Assembly (NCBI RefSeq): GCF_009914755.1
Contig: NC_060925.1
Length of the DNA: 64,000 nt
Source of the DNA: the human T2T-CHM13v2.0 reference genome, Homo sapiens
Reading direction: 5' to 3' (one strand)
The notes under the pieces are model-generated. The model saw nothing but the letters and a program-made list of their open reading frames with translations. It did no database searches and was not told where the DNA came from. Shown here piece by piece: positions 38,654-52,593 of the stretch (its first letter is position 1; the number at the start of each line of letters is the position of its first letter). Both the position numbers and the translations under genes were made by a program.

Positions 38654-41600
38654 TTACAGAGAGCAGGCTTGAAACACTCTTTTTGTCGAATTTGCAAGTG
38701 GAGATTTCAGCCGCTTTGAGGTCAATGGTTGAATAGGAAATATCTTCTTATAGAAACTAGACAGAATGATTCTCATAAACTCCTTTGTGATGTGTGCGTT
38801 CAACTCACAGAGTTTAACCTTTCTTTTCATAGAGCAGTTAGGAAACACTCTGTTTGTAAAGTCTGCAAGTGGATATTCAGACCTCTTTGAGGCCTTCGTT
38901 GGAAACGGGATTTCTTCATATTCTGCTAGACAGAAGAATTCTCAGTAACTTCCTTGTGTTGTGTTTATTCAACTCACAGAGTTGAATGATCCTTTACACA
39001 GAGCAGACTTGAAACACTCTTTTTGTGGAATTTGCAAGTGGAGATTTCAGCCGCTTTGAGGTCAATGGTAGAAAAGTAAATATCTTCGTATAAAGACTAG
39101 ACAGAATGATTCTCAGAAACTCCTTTGTGATGTGTGCGTTCAACTCACAGAGTTTAACTTTTCTTTTCATAGAGCAGTTAGGAAACACTCTGTTTGTAAA
39201 GTCTGCAAGTGGATATTCAGACCTCTTTGAGGCCTTCGTTGGAAACGGGATTTCTTCATATTATGCTAGACAGAAGAATTCTCAGTAACTTCCTTGTGTT
39301 GTGTGTATTCAACTCACAGAGTTGAACGATCCTTTACACAGAGCAGACTTGAAACATTCTTTTTGTGGAATTTGCAAGTGGAGATTTCAGCCGCTTTGAG
39401 GTCAATGGTAGAATAGGAAATATCTTCCTATAGAAACTAGACAGAACGATTCTCAGAAACTCCTTTGTGATGTGTGCGTTCAACTCACAGAGTTTAACCT
39501 TTCTGTTCATAGAGCAGTTAGGAAACACTCTGTTTGTAAAGTCTGCAAGTGGATATTCAGACCTCTTTGAGGCCTTCGTTGGAAACGGGATTTCTTCCTA
39601 TTCTGCTAGACAGAAGAATTCTCAGTAACTTCCTTGTGTTGTGTGTATTCAACTCACAGAGTTGAACGATCCTTTACACAGAGCAGACTTGAAACACTCT
39701 TTTTGTGGAATTTGCAAGTGGAGATTTCAGCCGCTTTGAGGTCAATAGTAGAAAAGGAAATATCTTCGTAGAAAAACTAGACAGAATGATTCTCAGAAAC
39801 TCCTTTGTGATGTGTGTGTTCAACTCACAGAGTTTAACCTTTCTTTTCATAGAGCAGTTAGTAAACACTCTGTTTATAAAGTCTGCAAGTGGATATTCAG
39901 ACCCCTTTGAGGCCTTCGTTGGAAACGGGATTTCTTCATATTATGCTAGACAGAAGAATTCTCAGTAACTTCCTTGTGTTGTGTGTATTCAACTGACAGA
40001 GTTGAACTTTCATTTAGAGAGAGCAGATTTGAAACACTGTTTTTGTGGAATTTGCAAGTGGAGATTTCAAGCGCTTTGGGGCCAAAGGCAGAAAAGGAAA
40101 TATCTTCGTATAAAAACTAGACAGAATCATTCTCAGAAACTGCTGCGTGATGTGTGCGTTCAACTCTCAGAGTTTAACTTTTCTTTTCATTCAGCGGTTT
40201 GGAAACACTCTGTTTGTAAAGTCTGCACTTGGATATTTTGACCACTTAGAGGCCTTCGTTGGAAACGGGTTTTTTTCATGTAAGGCTAGACAGAAGAATT
40301 CCCAGTAACTTCCTTGTGTTGTGTGCATTCAACTCACAGAGTTGAACGTTCCCTTAGACAGAGCAGATTTGAAACACTCTATTTCTGCAATTTGCAAGTG
40401 TAGTTTTCAAGCTCTTTAAGGTCAACGGCAGAAAAGGAAATATCTTCGTTTCAAAACTAGACAGAATCATTCCCACAAACTGCGTTGTGATGTGTTCGTT
40501 CAACTCACAGAGTTTAACCTTTCTGTTCATAGAGCAGTTAGGAAACACTCTGTTTGTAAAGTCTGTAAGTGGATATTCTGACATCTTGTGGCCTTCGTTG
40601 GAAACGGGATTTCTTCATATTCTGCTAGACAGAAGAATTCTCAGTAACTTCCTTGTGTTGTGTGTATTCAACTCACAGAGTTGAACGATCCTTTACACAG
40701 AGCAGACTTGAAACACTCTTTTTGTGGAATTTGCAAGTGGAGATTTCAGCCGCTTTGATGTCAATGGTAGAAAAGGAAATATCTTCGTATAAAGACTAGA
40801 CAGAATGATTCTCAGAAACTCTTTTGTGATGTGTGCGTTCAACTCACAGAGTTTAACCTTTCTGTTCATAGAGCAGTTAGGAAACACTCTGTTTGTAAAG
40901 TCTGCAAGTGGATATTCAGACCTCCTTGAGGCCTTCGTTGGAAACGGGATTTCTTCATATTCTGCTAGACAGAAGAATTCTCAGTAACTTCCTTGTGTTG
41001 TGTGTATTCAACTCACAGAGTTGTACGATCCTTTACACAGAGCAGACTTGAAACACTCTTTTTGTGGAATTTGCAAGTGGAGATTTCAGCCGCTTTGAGG
41101 TCAATGGTAGAAAAGGAAATATCTTCGTATAAAGACTAGACAGAATGATTCTCAGAAACTCCTTTGTGATGTGTGCGTTCAACTCACAGAGTTTAACCTT
41201 TCTGTTCATAGAGCAGTTAGGAAACACTCTGTTTGTAAAGTCTGTAAGTGGATATTCTGACATCTTGTGGCCTTCGTTGGAAACGGGATTTCTTCATATT
41301 CTGCTAGACAGAAGAATTCTCAGTAACTTCCTTGTGTTGTGTGTATTCAACTCACAGAGTTGAACGATCCTTTACACAGAGCAGACTTGAAACACTCTTT
41401 TTGTGGAATTTGCAAGTGGAGATTTCAGCCGCTTTGAGGTCAATGGTAGAAAAGGAAACTATCTTCATATAAAGACTAGACAGAATGATTCTCAGAAAAT
41501 CTTTTGTGATGTGTGCGTTCAACTCACAGAGTTTAACTTTTCTTCTCATAGAGCAGTTAGGAAACACTCTGTTTGTAAAGTCTGCAAGTGGATATTCAGA

Positions 41601-42392
41601 CATCTTTGAGGCCTTCGTTGGAAACGGGATTTCTTCATATTCTGCTAGACAGAAGAATTCTCAGTAACTTCCTTGTGTTGTGTGTATTCAACTCACAGAG
41701 TTGAAGGATCCTTTACAGAGAGCAGGCTTGAAACACTCTTTTTGTCGAATTTGCAAGTGGAGATTTCAGCCGCTTTGAGTTCAATGGTAGAATAGGAAAT
41801 ATCTTCTTATAGAAACTAGACAGAATGATTCTCATAAACTCCTTTGTGATGTGTGCGTTCAACTCACAGAGTTTAACCTTTCTTTTCATAGAGCAGTTAG
41901 GAAACACTCTGTTTGTAAAGTCTGCAAGTGGATATTCAGACCTCCTTGAGGCCTTCGTTGGAAACGGGATTTCTTCATATTCTGCTAGACAGAAGAATTC
42001 TCAGTAACTTCCTTGTGTTGTGTTTATTCAACTCACAGAGTTGAATGATCCTTTACACAGAGCAGACTTGAAACACTCTTTTTGTGGAATTTGCAAGTGG
42101 AGATTTCAGCCGCTTTGAGGTCAACGGTAGAAAAGTAAATATCTTCGTATAAAGACTAGACAGAATGATTCTCAGAAACTCCTTTGTGATGTGTGCGTTC
42201 AACTCACAGAGTTTAACCTTTCTGTTCATAGAGCAGTTAGGAAACACTCTGTTTGTAAAGTCTGCAAGTGGATATTCAGACCTCTTTGAGGCCTTCGTTG
42301 GAAACGGGATTTCTTCATATTATGCTAGACAGAAGAATTCTCAGTAACTTCCTTGTGTTGTGTGTATTCAACTCACAGAGTTGAACGATCCT

Positions 42393-45300
42393 TTACACAG
42401 AGCAGACTTGAAACATTCTTTTTGTGGAATTTGCAAGTGGAGATTTCAGCCGCTTTGAGGTCAATGGTAGAATAGGAAATATCTTCCTATAGAAACTAGA
42501 CAGAACGATTCTCAGAAACTCCTTTGTGATGTGTGCGTTCAACTCACAGAGTTTAACCTTTCTTTTCATAGAGCAGTTAGGAAACACTCTATTTGTAAAG
42601 TCTGCAAGTGGATATTCAGACCTCTTTGAGGCCTTCGTTGGAAACGGGATTTCTTCATATTCTGCTAGACAGAAGAATTCTCAGTAACTTCCTTGTGTTG
42701 TGTGTATTCAACTCACAGAGTTGAACGATCCTTTACACAGAGCAGACTTGAAACACTCTTTTTGTGGAATTTGCAAGTGGAGATTTCAGCCGCTTTGAGG
42801 TCAATAGTAGAAAAGGAAATATCTTCGTAGAAAAACTAGACAGAATGATTCTCAGAAACTCCTTTGTGATGTGTGTGTTCAACTCACAGAGTTTAACCTT
42901 TCTTTTCATAGAGCAGTTAGTAAACACTCTGTTTATAAAGTCTGCAAGTGGATATTCAGACCCCTTTGAGGCCTTCGTTGGAAACGGGATTTCTTCATAT
43001 TATGCTAGACAGAAGAATTCTCAGTAACTTCCTTGTGTTTTGTGTATTCAACTGACAGAGTTGAACTTTCATTTAGAGAGAGCAGATTTGAAACACTGTT
43101 TTTGTGGAATTTGCAATTGGAGATTTCAAGCGCTTTGGGGCCAAAGGCAGAAAAGGAAATATCTTCGTATAAAAACTAGACAGAATCATTCTCAGAAACT
43201 CCTTTGTGATGTGTGCGTTCAACTCTCAGAGTTTAACTTTTCTTTTCATTCAGCGGTTTGGAAACACTCTGTTTGTAAAGTCTGCCCGTGGAAATTTTGA
43301 CCACTTAGAGGCCTTCGTTGGAAACGGGTTTTTTTCATGTAAGGCTAGACAGAAGAATTCCCAGTAACTTCCTTGTGTTGTGTGCATTCAACTCACAGAG
43401 TTGAACGTTCCCTTAGACAGAGCAGATTTGAAACACTCTATTTGTGCAATTTGCAAGTGTAGTTTTCAAGCTCTTTAAGGTCAATGGCAGAAAAGGAAAT
43501 ATCTTCGTTTCAAAACTAGACAGAATCATTCCCACAAACTGCGTTGTGATGTGTTCGTTCAACTCACAGAGTTTAACCTTTCTGTTCATAGAGCAGTTAG
43601 GAAACACTCTGTTTGTAAAGTCTGTAAGTGGATATTCTGACATCTTGTGGCCTTCGTTGGAAACGGGATTTCTTCATATTCTGCTAGACAGAAGAATTCT
43701 CAGTAACTTCCTTGTGTTGTGTGTATTCAACTCACAGAGTTGAACGATCCTTTACACAGAGCAGACTTGAAACACTCTTTTTGTGGAATTTGCAAGTGGA
43801 GATTTCAGCCGCTTTGAGGTCAATGGTAGAAAAGGAAACTATCTTCATATAAAGACTAGACAGAATGATTCTCAGAAAATCTTTTGTGATGTGTGCGTTC
43901 AACTCACAGAGTTTAACTTTTCTTCTCATAGAGCAGTTAGGAAACACTCTGTTTGTAAAGTCTGCAAGTGGATATTCAGACATCTTTGAGGCCTTCGTTG
44001 GAAACGGGATTTCTTCATATTCTGCTAGACAGAAGAATTCTCAGTAACTTCCTTGTGTTGTGTGTATTCAACTCACAGAGTTGAAGGATCCTTTACAGAG
44101 AGCAGGCTTGAAACACTCTTTTTGTCGAATTTGCAAGTGGAGATTTCAGCCGCTTTGAGGTCAATGGTAGAATAGGAAATATCTTCTTATAGAAACTAGA
44201 CAGAATGATTCTCATAAACTCCTTTGTGATGTGTGCGTTCAACTCACAGAGTTTAACCTTTCTTTTCATAGAGCAGTTAGGAAACACTCTGTTTGTAAAG
44301 TCTGCAAGTGGATATTCAGACCTCCTTGAGGCCTTCGTTGGAAACGGGATTTCTTCATATTCTGCTAGACAGAAGAATTCTCAGTAACTTCCTTGTGTTG
44401 TGTTTATTCAACTCACAGAGTTGAATGATCCTTTACACAGAGCAGACTTGAAACACTCTTTTTGTGGAATTTGCAAGTGGAGATTTCAGCCGCTTTGAGG
44501 TCAACGGTAGAAAAGTAAATATCTTCGTATAAAGACTAGACAGAATGATTCTCAGAAACTCCTTTGTGATGTGTGCGTTCAACTCACAGAGTTTAACCTT
44601 ACTGTTCATAGAGCAGTTAGGAAACACTCTGTTTGTAAAGTCTGCAAGTGGATATTCAGACCTCTTTGAGGCCTTCGTTGGAAACGGGATTTCTTCATAT
44701 TATGCTAGACAGAAGAATTCTCAGTAACTTCCTTGTGTTGTGTGTATTCAACTCACAGAGTTGAACGATCCTTTACACAGAGCAGACTTGAAACATTCTT
44801 TTTGTGGAATTTGCAAGTGGAGATTTCAGCCGCTTTGAGGTCAATGGTAGAATAGGAAATATCTTCCTATAGAAACTAGACAGAACGATTCTCAGAAACT
44901 CCTTTGTGATGTGTGCGTTCAACTCACAGAGTTTAACCTTTCTGTTCATAGAGCAGTTAGGAAACACTCTATTTGTAAAGTCTGCAAGTGGATATTCAGA
45001 CCTCTTTGAGGCCTTCGTTGGAAACGGGATTTCTTCATATTCTGCTAGACAGAAGAATTCTCAGTAACTTCCTTGTGTTGTGTGTATTCAACTCACAGAG
45101 TTGAACGATCCTTTACACAGAGCAGACTTGAAACACTCTTTTTGTGGAATTTGCAATGGAGATTTCAGCCGCTTTGAGGTCAATAGTAGAAAAGGAAATA
45201 TCTTCGTAGAAAAACTAGACAGAATGATTCTCAGAAACTCCTTTGTGATGTGTGTGTTCAACTCACAGAGTTTAACCTTTCTTTTCATAGAGCAGTTAGT

Positions 45301-48300
45301 AAACACTCTGTTTATAAAGTCTGCAAGTGGATATTCAGACCCCTTTGAGGCCGTCGTTGGAAACGGGATTTCTTCATATTATGCTAGACAGAAGAATTCT
45401 CAGTAACTTCCTTGTGTTGTGTGTATTCAACTGACAGAGTTGAACTTTCATTTAGAGAGAGCAGATTTGAAACACTGTTTTTGTGGAATTTGCAATTGGA
45501 GATTTCAAGCGCTTTGGGGCCAAAGGCAGAAAAGGAAATATCTTCGTATAAAAACTAGACAGAATCATTCTCAGAAACTCCTTTGTGATGTGTGCGTTCA
45601 ACTCTCAGAGTTTAACTTTTCTTTTCATTCAGCGGTTTGGAAACACTCTGTTTGTAAAGTCTGCACGTGGATATTTTGACCACTTAGAGGCCTTCGTTGG
45701 AAACGGGTTTTTTTCATGTAAGGCTAGACAGAAGAATTCCCAGTAACTTCCTTGTGTTGTGTGCATTCAACTCACAGAGTTGAACGTTCCCTTAGACAGA
45801 GCAGATTTGAAACACTCTATTTGTGCAATTTGCAAGTGTAGATTTCAAGCGCTTTAAAGTCAATGGCAGAAAAGGAAATATCTTCGTTTCAAAACTAGAC
45901 AGAATCATTCCCACAAACTGCGTTGTGATGTGTTCGTTCAACTCACAGAGTTTAACCTTTCTGTTCATAGAGCAGTTAGGAAACACTCTGTTTGTAAAGT
46001 CTGCAAGTGGATATTCAGACCTCTTTGAGGCCTTCGTTGGAAACGGGATTTCTTCATATTCTGCTAGACAGAAGAATTCTCAGTAACTTCCTTGTGTTGT
46101 GTGTATTCAACTCACAGAGTTGAACGATCCTTTACACAGAGCAGACTTGAAACACTCTTTTTGTGGAATTTGCAAGTGGAGATTTCAGCCGCTTTGAGGT
46201 CAATAGTAGAAAAGGAAATATCGTCGTAGAAAAACTAGACAGAATGATTCTCAGAAACTCCTTTGTGATGTGTGTGTTCAACTCACAGAGTTTAACCTTT
46301 CTTTTCATAGAGCAGCTAGTAAACACTCTGTTTATGAAATCTGCAAGTGGATATTCAGACCCCTTTGAGGCCTTCGTTGGAAACGGGATTTCTTCATATT
46401 CTGCTAGACAGAAGAATTCTCAGTAACTTCCTTGTGTTGTGTGTATTCAACTGACAGAGTTGAACTTTCATTTGGAGAGAGCAGATTTGAAACACTGTTT
46501 TTGTGGAATTTGCAAGTGGAGATTTCAAGCGCTTTGGGGCCAAAGGCAGAAAAGGAAATATCTTCGTATAAAAACTAGACAGAATCATTCTCAGAAACTG
46601 CTGCGTGATGTGTGCGTTCAACTCTCAGAGTTTAACTTTTCTTTTCATTCAGCGGTTTGGAAACACTCTGTTTGTAAAGTCTGCACGTGGAAATTTTGAC
46701 CACTTAGAGGCCTTCGTTGGAAACGGGTTTTTTTCATGTAAGGCTAGACAGAAGAATTCCCAGTAACTTCCTTGTGTTGTGTGCATTCAACTCACAGAGT
46801 TGAACGTTCCCTTAGACAGAGCAGATTTGAAACACTCTATTTGTGCAATTTGCAAGTGTAGATTTCAAGCGCTTTAAGGTCAATGGCAGAAAAGGAAATA
46901 TCTTCGTTTCAAAACTAGACAGAATCATTCCCACAAACTGCGTTGTGATGTGTTCGTTCAACTCACAGAGTTTAACCTTTCTGTTCATAGAGCAGTTAGG
47001 AAACACTCTGTTTGTAAACTCTGTAAGTGGATATTCTGTCATCTTGTGGCCTTCGTTGGAAACGGGATTTCTTCATATTCTGCTAGACAGAAGAATTCTC
47101 AGTAACTTCCTTGTGTTGTGTGTATTCAACTCACAGAGTTGAATGATCCTTTACACAGAGCAGACTTGAAACACTCTTTTTGTGGAATTTGCAAGTGGAG
47201 ATTTCAGCCGCTTTGAGGTCAATGGTAGAAAAGGAAACTATCTTCATATAAAGAATAGACAGAATGATTCTCAGAAAATCTTTTGTGATGTGTGCGTTCA
47301 ACTCACAGAGTTTAACTTTTCTTCTCATAGAGCAGTTAGGAAACACTCTGTTTGTAAAGTCTGCAAGTGGATATTCAGACCTCTTTGAGGCCTTCGTTGG
47401 AAACGGGATTTCTTCATATTATGCTAGACAGAATAATTCTCAGTAACTTCCTTGTGTTGTGTGTATTTAACTCACAGAGTTGAAGGATCCTTTACAGAGA
47501 GCAGGCTTGAAACACTCTTTTTGTCGAATTTGCAAGTGGAGATTTCAGCCGCTTTGAGGTCAACGGTAGAAAAGTAAATATCTTCGTATAAAGACTAGAC
47601 AGAATGATTCTCAGAAACTCCTTTGTGATGTGTGCGTTCAACTCACAGAGTTTAACCTTTCTGTTCATAGAGCAGTTAGGAAACACTCTGTTTGTAAAGT
47701 CTGCAAGTGGATATTCAGACCTCCTTGAGGCCTTCGTTGGAAACGGGATTTCTTCATATTCTGCTAGACAGAAGAATTCTCAGTAACTTCCTTGTGTTGT
47801 GTTTATTCAACTCACAGAGTTGAATGATCCTTTACACAGAGCAGACTTGAAACACTCTTTTTGTGGAATTTGCAAGTGGAGATTTCAGCCGCTTTGAGGT
47901 CAACGGTAGAAAAGTAAATATCTTCGTATAAAGACTAGACAGAATGATTCTCAGAAACTCCTTTGTGATGTGTGCGTTCAACTCACAGAGTTTAACCTTT
48001 CTGTTCATAGAGCAGTTAGGAAACACTCTGTTTGTAAAGTCTGCAAGTGGATATTCAGACCTCCTTGAGGCCTTCGTTGGAAACGGGATTTCTTCATATT
48101 CTGCTAGACAGAAGAATTCTCAGTAACTTCCTTGTGTTGTGTGTATTCAACTCACAGAGTTGAACGATCCTTTACACAGAGCAGACTTGAAACACTCTTT
48201 TTGTGGAATTTGCAAGTGGAGATTTCAGCCGCTTTGAGGTCAATGGTAGAAAAGGAAACTATCTTCATATAAAGACTAGACAGAATGATTCTCAGAAAAT

Positions 48301-49020
48301 CTTTTGTGATGTGTGCGTTCAACTCACAGAGTTTAACTTTTCTTCTCATAGAGCAGTTAGGAAACACTCTGTTTGTAAAGTCTGCAAGTGGATATTCAGA
48401 CATCTTTGAGGCCTTCGTTGGAAACGGGATTTCTTCATATTCTGCTAGACAGAAGAATTCTCAGTAACTTCCTTGTGTTGTGTGTATTCAACTCACAGAG
48501 TTGAAGGATCCTTTACAGAGAGCAGGCTTGAAACACTCTTTTTGTCGAATTTGCAAGTGGAGATTTCAGCCGCTTTGAGGTCAATGGTAGAATAGGAAAT
48601 ATCTTCTTATAGAAACTAGACAGAATGATTCTCATAAACTCCTTTGTGATGTGTGCGTTCAACTCACAGAGTTTAACCTTTCTTTTCATAGAGCAGTTAG
48701 GAAACACTCTGTTTGTAAAGTCTGCAAGTGGATATTCAGACCTCCTTGAGGCCTTCGTTGGAAACGGGATTTCTTCATATTCTGCTAGACAGAAGAATTC
48801 TCAGTAACTTCCTTGTGTTGTGTTTATTCAACTCACAGAGTTGAATGATCCTTTACACAGAGCAGACTTGAAACACTCTTTTTGTGGAATTTGCAAGTGG
48901 AGATTTCAGCCGCTTTGAGGTCAACGGTAGAAAAGTAAATATCTTCGTATAAAGACTAGACAGAATGATTCTCAGAAACTCCTTTGTGATGTGTGCGTTC
49001 AACTCACAGAGTTTAACCTT
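42393..49020 (+). repeat. Copy 1 of a ~6.6-kb dispersed intra-array duplication
   Basis: Same dimer order and private SNVs as 52594-59220, at offset 10201-10202. Confidence 0.9.
45419..46438 (+). repeat. 6-mer HOR (F-G-E, 1020 bp); duplicated at 55621-56640
   Basis: F spacing is 1020 bp. G carries a generic tail (no 1-bp deletion) and is followed directly by E. Confidence 0.87.
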
Positions 49021-50191
49021 TCTGTTCATAGAGCAGTTAGGAAACACTCTGTTTGTAAAGTCTGCAAGTGGATATTCAGACCTCTTTGAGGCCTTCGTTG
49101 GAAACGGGATTTCTTCATATTCTGCTAGACAGAAGAATTCTCAGTAACTTCCTTGTGTTGTGTGTATTCAACTCACAGAGTTGAACGATCCTTTACACAG
49201 AGCAGACTTGAAACACTCTTTTTGTGGAATTTGCAAGAGGAGATTTCAGCCGCTTTGAGGTCAATAGTAGAAAAGGAAATGTCTTCGTAGAAAAACTAGA
49301 CAGAATGATTCTCAGAAACTCCTTTGTGATGTGTGTGTTCAACTCACAGAGTTTAACCTTTCTTTTCATAGAGCAGTTAGTAAACACTCTGTTTATAAAG
49401 TCTGCAAGTGGATATTCAGACCCCTTTGAGGCCTTCGTTGGAAACGGGATTTCTTCATATTATGCTAGACAGAAGAATTCTCAGTAACTTCCTTGTGTTG
49501 TGTGTATTCAACTGACAGAGTTGAACTTTCATTTGGAGAGAGCAGATTTGAAACACTGTTTTTGTGGAATTTGCAAGTGGAGATTTCAAGCGCTTTGGGG
49601 CCAAAGGCAGAAAAGGAAATATCTTCGTATAAAAACTAGACAGAATCATTCTCAGAAACTGCTGCGTGATGTGTGCGTTCAACTCTCAGAGTTTAACCTT
49701 TCTTTTCATTCAGCGGTTTGGAAACACTCTGTTTGTAAAGTCTGCACGTGGATATTTTGACCACTTAGAGGCCTTCGTTGGAAACGGGTTTTTTTCATGT
49801 AAGGCTAGACAGAAGAATTCCCAGTAACTTCCTTGTGTTGTGTGCATTCAACTCACAGAGTTGAACGTTCCCTTAGACAGAGCAGATTTGAAACACTCTA
49901 TTTGTGCAATTTGCAAGTGTAGATTTCAAGCGCTTTAAGGTCAACGGCAGAAAAGGAAATATCTTCGTTTCAAAACTAGACAGAATCATTCCCACAAACT
50001 GCGTTGTGATGTGTTCGTTCAACTCACAGAGTTTAACCTTTCTGTTCATAGAGCAGTTAGGAAACACTCTGTTTGTAAAGTCTGTAAGTGGATATTCTGA
50101 TATCTTGTGGCCTTCGTTGGAAACGGGATTTCTTCATATTCTGCTAGACAGAAGAATTCTCAGTAACTTCCTTGTGTTGTGTGTATTCAAC

Positions 50192-51553
50192 TCACAGAGT
50201 TGAACGATCCTTTACACAGAGCAGACTTGAAACACTCTTTTTGTGGAATTTGCAAGTGGAGATTTCAGCCGCTTTGAGGTCAATGGTAGAAAAGGAAACT
50301 ATCTTCATATAAAGACTAGACAGAATGATTCTCAGAAAATCTTTTGTGATGTGTGCGTTCAACTCACAGAGTTTAACTTTTCTTCTCATAGAGCAGTTAG
50401 GAAACACTCTGTTTGTAAAGTCTGCAAGTGGATATTCAGACCTGTTTGAGGCCTTCGTTGGAAACGGGATTTCTTCATATTATGCTAGACAGAATAATTC
50501 TCAGTAACTTCCTTGTGTTGTGTGTATTCAACTCACAGAGTTGAAGGATCCTTTACAGAGAGCAGGCTTGAAACACTCTTTTTGTCGAATTTGCAAGTGG
50601 AGATTTCAGCCGCTTTGAGGTCAATGGTAGAATAGGAAATATCTTCTTATAGAAACTAGACAAAATGATTCTCATGAACTCCTTTGTGATGTGTGCGTTC
50701 AACTCACAGAGTTTAACCTTTCTTTTCATAGAGCAGTTAGGAAACACTCTGTTTGTAAAGTCTGCAAGTGGATATTCAGACCTCCTTGAGGCCTTCGTTG
50801 GAAACGGGATTTCTTCATATTCTGCTAGACAGAAGAATTCTCAGTAACTTCCTTGTGTTGTGTGTATTCAACTCACAGAGTTGAACGATCCTTTACACAG
50901 AGCAGACTTGAAACACTCTTTTTGTGGAATTTGCAAGTGGAGATTTCAGCCGCTTTGAGGTCAATGGTAGAAAAGGAAACTATCTTCATATAAAGACTAG
51001 ACAGAATGATTCTCAGAAAATCTTTTGTGATGTGTACGTTCAACTCACAGAGTTTAACTTTTCTTCTCATAGAGCAGTTAGGAAACACTCTGTTTGTAAA
51101 GTCTGCAAGTGGATATTCAGACCTGTTTGAGGCCTTCGTTGGAAACGGGATTTCTTCATATTATGCTAGACAGAATAATTCTCAGTAACTTCCTTGTGTT
51201 GTGTGTATTCAACTCACAGAGTTGAAGGATCCTTTACAGAGAGCAGGCTTGAAACACTCTTTTTGTCGAATTTGCAAGTGGAGATTTCAGCCGCTTTGAG
51301 GTCAATGGTAGAATAGGAAATATCTTCTTATAGAAACTAGACAAAATGATTCTCATGAACTCCTTTGTGATGTGTGCGTTCAACTCACAGAGTTTAACCT
51401 TTCTTTTCATAGAGCAGTTAGGAAACACTCTGTTTGTAAAGTCTGCAAGTGGATATTCAGACCTCCTTGAGGCCTTCGTTGGAAACGGGATTTCTTCATA
51501 TTCTGCTAGACAGAAGAATTCTCAGTAACTTCCTTGTGTTGTGTGTATTCAAC
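50192..51553 (+). repeat. Local tandem duplication of the A-B' tetramer (681-bp period)
   Basis: A at 50192/50873 and B' at 50553/51234, both with cagacctgtt, cagaataatt and acaaaatgattctcatg. Confidence 0.88.
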
Positions 51554-52593
51554 TCACAGAGTTGAACGATCCTTTACACAGAGCAGACTTGAAACATTCT
51601 TTTTGTGGAATTTGCAAGTGGAGATTTCAGCCGCTTTGAGGTCAATGGTAGAATAGGAAATATCTTCCTATAGAAACTAGACAGAACGATTCTCAGAAAC
51701 TCCTTTGTGATGTGTGCGTTCAACTCACAGAGTTTAACCTTTCTTTTCATAGAGCAGTTAGGAAACACTCTGTTTGTAAAGTCTGCAAGTGGATATTCAG
51801 ACATCTTTGAGGCCTTCGTTGGAAACGGGATTTCTTCATATTCTGCTAGACAGAAGAATTCTCAGTAACTTCCTTGTGTTGTGTGTATTCAACTCACAGA
51901 GTTGAAGGATCCTTTACAGAGAGCAGTCTTGAAACACTCTTTTTGTCGAATTTGCAAGTGGAGATTTCAGCCGCTTTGAGGTCAATGGTAGAATAGGAAA
52001 TATCTTCTTATAGAAACTAGACAGAATGATTCTCAGAAACTCCTTTGTGATGTGTGTGTTCAACTCACAGAGTTTAACCTTTCTTTTCATAGAGCAGTTA
52101 GGAAACACTCTGTTTGTAAAGTCTGCAAGTGGATATTCAGACCTCCTTGAGGCCTTCGTTGGAAACGGGATTTCTTCATATTCTGCTAGACAGAAGAATT
52201 CTCAGTAACTTCCTTGTGTTGTGTTTATTCAACTCACAGAGTTGAATGATCCTTTACACAGAGCAGACTTGAAACACTCTTTTTGTGGAATTTGCAAGTG
52301 GAGATTTCAGCCGCTTTGAGGTCAACGGTAGAAAAGTAAATATCTTCGTATAAAGACTAGACAGAATGATTCTCAGAAACTCCTTTGTGATGTGTGCGTT
52401 CAACTCACAGAGTTTAACCTTACTGTTCATAGAGCAGTTAGGAAACACTCTGTTTGTAAAGTCTGCACGTGGAAATTTTGACCACTTAGAGGCCTTCGTT
52501 GGAAACGGGTTTTTTTCATGTAAGGCTAGACAGAAGAATTCCCAGTAACTTCCTTGTGTTGTGTGCATTCAACTCACAGAGTTGAACGATCCT

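Noticed and set aside
52254-52568. Longer 104-108 aa ORFs (also 23694, 45080, 59055, 61403) as novel genes
   Set aside because: They arise from hybrid junctions or 1-bp deletions that fuse repeat reading frames.
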